Position numbers and translations under genes: made by a program. Source: Candidatus Subterrananammoxibius californiae (GTDB taxonomy: Bacteria; Planctomycetota; Brocadiia; Brocadiales; Subterrananammoxibiaceae). Taken from it: a DNA stretch of 64,000 nt. Where the stretch lies: the NCBI GenBank assembly GCA_030586555.1, contig JAURAC010000010.1, forward strand, positions 1-64,000, given 5' to 3'. This document shows, piece by piece, positions 59,701 through 64,000 of this stretch; the first letter of the stretch is position 1; each line of letters starts with the position of its first letter. The notes below the pieces were generated by a model. It worked only from the letters and a program-made list of their open reading frames with translations. It had not been told where the DNA came from and did no database searches.

Positions 59701-61837
59701 AAATAACGAAGGCGACAGAGAAAATTTGGGAAAATACTACGGCATCAAAAAGGACGTATATGAAATGATAAGAATGTTACTCAATAAGGAAAAAGCAAAG
59801 CTATATTGGTTACTATGGTTATGTCGTCTTGAAGCGAGTGAATATGGTCTTGCAAATGATAGAGGTTTCAATTACGAACAGGACCGTACTACACATTATA
59901 GAGATCTGGGAACTACCGAAAGGACAACTCTTAGTCTCGAAGAGTTTCGCCTTATACAGATAAATCAATCAAAAGATCGGGAGGCTATAACGATTGTTGA
60001 ACTTGCACAAAAAGTATTGGACCTTGCTAATAAGATTACCAAAAATTATGACCTTGTAGGTGGACGTTTTGATCCTATATCAAGGGCAATTCTTGAGTTT
60101 TATCGTAAAACAAACCCAAAGAGTGTCCTTGAAAATCTGAAAGAAGAAGATGTGTTCACGCTGTGGGTTTTAACGACAATGTGTCGTGATGCGCTTGAGG
60201 ATGCAGCATCAAATCCTCAAAACCTTAATGAAGCGCAAAAGGCAGCAGTAGTTACTATTATATCTTCTTTATATGCAATCCATAGCTACTTTATGCCCTT
60301 CGTTGATTCAGGATTTAACATAAACTCTTTGTTTGAATTAGAATATGCACTACCGATGTTTTGCATGTTAGACTGCAATGTTAAAAAACCTACTGTGAAA
60401 CTTCTACAGATCTATGAAACTACATGGCCGGCTGTGGCACAAAATGCAAGGTCGGACGCTAACAGAACCGAAATGTTGGAAATGCTACCATGTGAATTAC
60501 AGGTCTTCTTGATTTGCCATAATTTTTTGCCTTTATCCCTCCTGAAGACAAGTCTGGAAATACCGGAACGATTCCTGACGTTAGTAGAAGGGAAAGAAGT
60601 TAAAGTAACAACTTATAATTTCCGGTTACTATGGGAAAGAGAAGATAAGGCTACTATCTCTTTTGAACACCTCTGTGAAGAGGTAATGAATGGTATTGAT
60701 TGTAATAAAGACATTCTTATGGGCGCAAAGGAACTGGACGATAGAGGTTATATCGAGTATTTTTTTGGAGATATGTGGCCTAACATAGATACCGAATCGA
60801 AGTTTAAAAGGGAAATGTCAAAGAACTTTGATGCTGTTGTACGTGAACTGGCGCAATTACCGGGGGATAGTAAAAGGCTGGATAATCTGCAAAAAGCTAT
60901 TGAAACAAAACTTCGTCAGGAAACTGATTCAGCCAAATTAGACCGCCTTAATAAGGCGCTTAATGAGGTCAAAAGTATTAAGGACCGGATAGGAAATATA
61001 CTTGGCCAGGGATATGAATATTTTGGTCGAATCCTGGCAGAGAAGTTACATTCCATATTTGCAGTACAACGCACATGTGAATTAGCTGGAGACAAGATTG
61101 CTAAGGCTAAGCAAGACCTTGCCAGCGAGTCTTACAAACTGTACTCGGAATTCTATAATAAAGGACTATTCGTTGAAGGTACATTCATAAAAAGAGGAAA
61201 AAATGAACATGAAGCGTTGTATTACGCAATGATCGAAAAATTCTACTTGTTACAAAATTCAAACAAAACTCTTACAATAGCCGTGGAAAATGAAAATACC
61301 GCCGAGCCTGCCTTTATACCTTATAATATTTCGCATGGAGAATCTTTTGATACTTCTTTAAAGAAAAGAGAACGGAAAGAATTTTCTGATGAAGCTTTTT
61401 CTCAATATCAACAAAGATACTGGTTGCTCATTGACGGTACTGTTAGCCAGGAAACTAACAAGTGGATGGAAAATCAAAATCTTAATGAAAGTGAGATAAG
61501 ATTTGAGACGGATGGCGTCATGGTAACCGCAAGAAAACCAGTGGAGATAAGAACCGAATTTGATAAGTTATATCTTAGCAGCTTTCTCGGTCTCTTTCAG
61601 GGTCTGTTTTGCGGCGACGGTCTGGACAAAGGTATATCTTTTATTGGTAGTGTTGCATGGGATAAAGATACGGAGGGAAATCCAACTATCATACCTCTTG
61701 ATTATGACAGGAAAGAGGACGAAATACGTAGCCTACTTCGGTGGATATACGAATCTGCTAAAAAATACGAAAAGATACCAGAACTCAGACAATTATTTGT
61801 TGAGTCAGACTTTGCTGTATCGGAGAATTTGGAATGA
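56798..61837 (+). CDS. Very large exported or membrane-anchored helical hypothetical protein
   Basis: About 1680 aa; ATG 1 bp after the upstream stop; basic N-terminus, hydrophobic helix and VAA-E cleavage-like site. Confidence 0.78.
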   Translation: MKKRINLFRRNLFVTNSKNRYTKIFLLFTTVFCILLLFLIHVRIVVAAESTAHLDLRVAFEDHWNEFYQKRWDILIDIMRTRINQVPAGAERDDIKKWTWEFAERGFCKETYNYFLFSDKNSPLRKEFIGIIQQTDSRLTQDFLRRIYAGYQGSPVKYDFQAFLQSAWIDLSSTMADEGTYQSLVSLLDNRGPSGDIDQYLNVLYYGYRTHSRHEGDFDSNIRKYYLDSQTLRPETISKLHSALNQNYWDGLKQKKDWMLAKSASRLYNDFPPQRWAEMDSQVVLDLANILSKANNIPEVKQVEVIEWIKKIGEDVKKNPASVPVRSLLAYFISNSNVSLRTSFQCILPLFRDDQTMFAALHDSPPENFPMKIWHGDSQNLSDCVDLLCGFFQINRAPQWETKLWDCLRDRYYVVYQGLRNRIFTTIIRPIYENHELTANPIRKRLLHETYKDKWLLDSHRYEIAHHFLANQLMTDTVAMEGRNIDVLTFTTNIYNSFAPAENQLYESESLKRKIEQIGIGFPATESERIIAYVNCVLGEPLTLMCYAFMGKTNLTKGVSFPLVAADGNSDSPQALQFEAVLRRIVELKGILKQQYATKLDRIKILEDVVNEVIRGMEEAIAKKDQRQIVTMIRLILKITVVLEDDSYLDRVLVTLRDVFGIGADAALFQKLESSTLNGRVYCFSALHSDDLVKALKAIGKIKYFVKFYDELYVPLRSIYGFFNKVGAEPYLKFINEFTSNAYEEKRNINELFEKEIENLGAIHNADGQPEYINAESAVVTLIDHYCKTLNINLWEKPKTIALSKNINLGVIYRLLNEKGSNGWELKGMDDQNRARCYRTLAEVFLENVENPNMMSKPVNLYEPPALYSKWDFFSFLRSMTDLYEILGYPIPGKAPATLYEGTPCSKDGVKRAILKGSDKLLPRKVNGSLRAVVVEKFKDMKGVEENEYSDKCEEMVKLALLLPNKEENNEGDRENLGKYYGIKKDVYEMIRMLLNKEKAKLYWLLWLCRLEASEYGLANDRGFNYEQDRTTHYRDLGTTERTTLSLEEFRLIQINQSKDREAITIVELAQKVLDLANKITKNYDLVGGRFDPISRAILEFYRKTNPKSVLENLKEEDVFTLWVLTTMCRDALEDAASNPQNLNEAQKAAVVTIISSLYAIHSYFMPFVDSGFNINSLFELEYALPMFCMLDCNVKKPTVKLLQIYETTWPAVAQNARSDANRTEMLEMLPCELQVFLICHNFLPLSLLKTSLEIPERFLTLVEGKEVKVTTYNFRLLWEREDKATISFEHLCEEVMNGIDCNKDILMGAKELDDRGYIEYFFGDMWPNIDTESKFKREMSKNFDAVVRELAQLPGDSKRLDNLQKAIETKLRQETDSAKLDRLNKALNEVKSIKDRIGNILGQGYEYFGRILAEKLHSIFAVQRTCELAGDKIAKAKQDLASESYKLYSEFYNKGLFVEGTFIKRGKNEHEALYYAMIEKFYLLQNSNKTLTIAVENENTAEPAFIPYNISHGESFDTSLKKRERKEFSDEAFSQYQQRYWLLIDGTVSQETNKWMENQNLNESEIRFETDGVMVTARKPVEIRTEFDKLYLSSFLGLFQGLFCGDGLDKGISFIGSVAWDKDTEGNPTIIPLDYDRKEDEIRSLLRWIYESAKKYEKIPELRQLFVESDFAVSENLE

Positions 61838-63366
61838 AAAATCCTCCAAATGATAAACATAACAGAAGTCAAAAAGACATATTCTTTTCTGTTCCTGATG
61901 AAATTGAAAAAAAGGTCAAAGAGATTATTATCAAACAAATAGGTATAAAAGCAGAACAGATTACAGAAAAGATGTTGCTTGTTGATCATCCTAAATACTA
62001 TAGAACTCTCATAGAGTTTGAAGATGTCTTTGAAATGAATATTCCCGACGAAGACATTGTGAAGATACAAACCATAGGAGACGCTATTAAATACATTGAG
62101 GAACGTAAAAAGATTAGGAAATCAAATGACACGAACATCTCAGATAAAGATGCAGAGAAAAGAGAAGATATGAAAGATGCAATTAAAATTAATGGCTGGA
62201 CAAAGATGGGATATAAAATGGGATACGGCAAATGGATTAAATGGGTTGAGGGACAACAACAAGTTAAGAAATTAAACAAAACGAATCCTGATGAAATTGA
62301 AAAAAAGGTCAAAGAGATTATTATCAAACAAATAGGGACAGTTAAGTGGTTTAATGACCGTAAAGGGTTTGGATTCATTACCCAGGATAATGGTGAGGAC
62401 GTGTTTGTCCATCACACAGCTATTAAGGGTGAGGGTTACAGGTCCTTATCTCCTGGCGATAAGGTTGAATTTGAAACAACCCAGGATGCAAAAGGTCTGA
62501 TAGCCTCAAACGTAGTCAAAATAGTTAAGGAGTTAAACAAAACGAACAGTCCGCGTGAAGAAGCAAAAAAGATAATAGAGAAGGCGGTAGCAAATGTTAA
62601 ATACATTGAGGAACACAAAGAACTTAGGAAACCCGAGGGGAATTTAAAAATGAGAAAATTCAGAAACATTGAAACCTATGAGGCACTCTGTCGAATCGGT
62701 AGTGAAGTGGAAAACAGTAAAGTGGAAAATAGCGTAGAGCTCGACAAAAGTATTAAAAAAGAAGTTGCACAAGAATTTGAGAAGCGAATTAAAGAACAAG
62801 CCGAGAGTTGTTCTCCGAAGCAGGCTCTCGATTGGTGTGGTGCCCTTTTTTGGGAGCCTTTCGTAGAATATGTGGTGAACCGTGAAGAGATTCTCAATGG
62901 TTTCATAAATCCAATTAAAAAGGCCATTAAGTCCTCTGGGAAATCTTCTATAAGTGAAGGTACTGCACTAGACTGGTTAAAATTTGTTAAGAATGTAAAG
63001 ATACCGATTGGCGATGCAAACCGTTTAATAGCTGAGTGTGTCCAGGACATCAATGGAGAAGAAATGTCGCAGATTGTAGCAAAAGAAGTATGTGAGATTT
63101 TTAGGAAATTTAAACCAAATGAGACACAAGAAGCAAAGGTATATGACGCCTTGAATAAACTAGCACTACAAGGGCGGTCAGTATGGGGTATGGATTCTTT
63201 TCGCCAAGCCGTATGGGCGTGTTTAACAAAGAAACCGGAATACGATAAGCTTGTAAGCGTATGTATGTCAAAGATGTTAGAAAACATTAAGAAGGAACTA
63301 AATCTTTTTAAAACGTGGAGTAATGTTTATATGTTGCTAAAAGAGGCAGGTATCAAGACAGATTAA
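61834..63366 (+). CDS. Mosaic protein: degenerate acyl carrier protein domain, cold-shock domain and unknown helical domain
   Basis: [15 protein letters not shown]...[29 protein letters not shown] (ACP-like, no DSL); [15 protein letters not shown]...DVFVHH (CSD RNP1/RNP2); ATGA overlap with the upstream gene. Confidence 0.8.
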   Translation: MKNPPNDKHNRSQKDIFFSVPDEIEKKVKEIIIKQIGIKAEQITEKMLLVDHPKYYRTLIEFEDVFEMNIPDEDIVKIQTIGDAIKYIEERKKIRKSNDTNISDKDAEKREDMKDAIKINGWTKMGYKMGYGKWIKWVEGQQQVKKLNKTNPDEIEKKVKEIIIKQIGTVKWFNDRKGFGFITQDNGEDVFVHHTAIKGEGYRSLSPGDKVEFETTQDAKGLIASNVVKIVKELNKTNSPREEAKKIIEKAVANVKYIEEHKELRKPEGNLKMRKFRNIETYEALCRIGSEVENSKVENSVELDKSIKKEVAQEFEKRIKEQAESCSPKQALDWCGALFWEPFVEYVVNREEILNGFINPIKKAIKSSGKSSISEGTALDWLKFVKNVKIPIGDANRLIAECVQDINGEEMSQIVAKEVCEIFRKFKPNETQEAKVYDALNKLALQGRSVWGMDSFRQAVWACLTKKPEYDKLVSVCMSKMLENIKKELNLFKTWSNVYMLLKEAGIKTD

Positions 63367-63393
63367 TTACAAAGGTTGAAGGAAGGACACCGA

Positions 63394-64000
63394 ATGGGGA
63401 AGTTCTTAGCAAGAATATTGATAGCGATTATTGTTATTAACTGGTTCCAGATTCTGGTATGGGCTACTGATAGCGGAGTTGAAGAACTACGCACGCTCCC
63501 GTTTAGACGACAACTTGTAGAGTCAAACAAACTCTATTTGGAGATGAAAATTTACAAAATTTTAGAGGAGTTAGATACCATAAATGAAAAAATATCAAGT
63601 GCTAAAACGGAACCACTCGTTTCGTGGCTGAATGAAGGGGATGGTAAAGAAAACGACATTATCAAGACGGTGGAAGAACTGATTGGTTTCAAAAAATCCC
63701 ACAATGAACGGATCGACACGTGGACAAGAGGTGATTCCCTGCCTGTACAGTTTCTCGCTCCCTTTAAAATGAATGAAGAATTGGTTAAGCGTATAAAACA
63801 AAAGAATTACCCTACACCTTGGCGTTATATTGCAATTTGCTGGTATCCACATGCGATAAATCTTAGGCTTCACGATGACCCAATTCCCAAAGACGCCCTC
63901 GAATTGACTCCGGCCATGTGGAACTTGGACGATACTGATGTTCAACGGTATGCCTTTTTTAGTCTTTATCGAAAGACACGACACGATGAGAAATTTAGCG
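63394..64000 (+). CDS. Secreted hypothetical protein, runs off the window; absent from the ORF track
   Basis: GGAAGGA RBS then MGKFLARILIAIIVINWFQILVWA-TDSG; frame stays open to the end of the window. Confidence 0.75.
   Translation, partial: MGKFLARILIAIIVINWFQILVWATDSGVEELRTLPFRRQLVESNKLYLEMKIYKILEELDTINEKISSAKTEPLVSWLNEGDGKENDIIKTVEELIGFKKSHNERIDTWTRGDSLPVQFLAPFKMNEELVKRIKQKNYPTPWRYIAICWYPHAINLRLHDDPIPKDALELTPAMWNLDDTDVQRYAFFSLYRKTRHDEKFS

Larger units (their letters stand above)
41000..64000 (+). mobile_element. Probable genomic island beginning at tRNA-His; right end outside the window
   Basis: Starts at the tRNA 3' end, has tandem ATGGACACCA repeats at 41153-41173, lacks housekeeping genes and the REP families, and carries an IS and orphan genes. 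No integrase in the window. Confidence 0.55.

Noticed and set aside
61834..62110. Functional ACP linked to ladderane lipid synthesis
   Set aside because: The phosphopantetheine serine motif is absent and no fatty-acid genes are nearby.
429..63287. Numerous short antisense or overlapping ORFs in the track (for example inside clpB, cdc48, priA and the giant genes)
   Set aside because: They overlap well-supported genes, lack motifs and show antisense-shadow composition.
63595..63984. Minus-strand 129 aa ORF as a gene
   Set aside because: It shadows a plus-strand ORF with RBS and signal peptide starting at 63394.
41000..64000. Prophage or type VI secretion locus
   Set aside because: No capsid, terminase, tail, Hcp, VgrG, PAAR or Tss genes recognised in the window.

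Overview
Chromosomal segment of an anammox planctomycete (Candidatus Brocadiales), identified by the 3' part of hydrazine synthase alpha (hzsA) at the left edge. Housekeeping genes (clpB, dapB, rhomboid, tatC fused to a FecR domain, priA, tRNA-Leu, tRNA-His) are interspersed with IS4 and IS3 elements, a split Mrr-type nuclease and toxin-antitoxin cassettes. A ~15.6 kb minus-strand gas-vesicle operon (13800-29421) has a sigma54-type promoter and also encodes CDC48/p97, a tandem Get3/ArsA ATPase, three Hsp20s, a DnaJ-type zinc-finger protein and several Cys-rich proteins. A probable anaerobic benzimidazole (cobamide lower-ligand) gene set (bzaF-like, B12 radical SAM, O-methyltransferase) follows. 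Downstream of tRNA-His lies an island-like region with a two-component system and an operon of giant, mostly secreted proteins. These are a two-block YD/RHS protein with an internal PLA2-like motif and a DUF1598-like domain, a protein with three tandem catalytically degenerate Hint domains, a ~1680 aa helical protein and an ACP/cold-shock mosaic. The native DNA is dense in REP-like palindromes and heptamer repeats, many nested and many inserted in frame in proteins. All family calls come from motif recognition by eye, not database searches.
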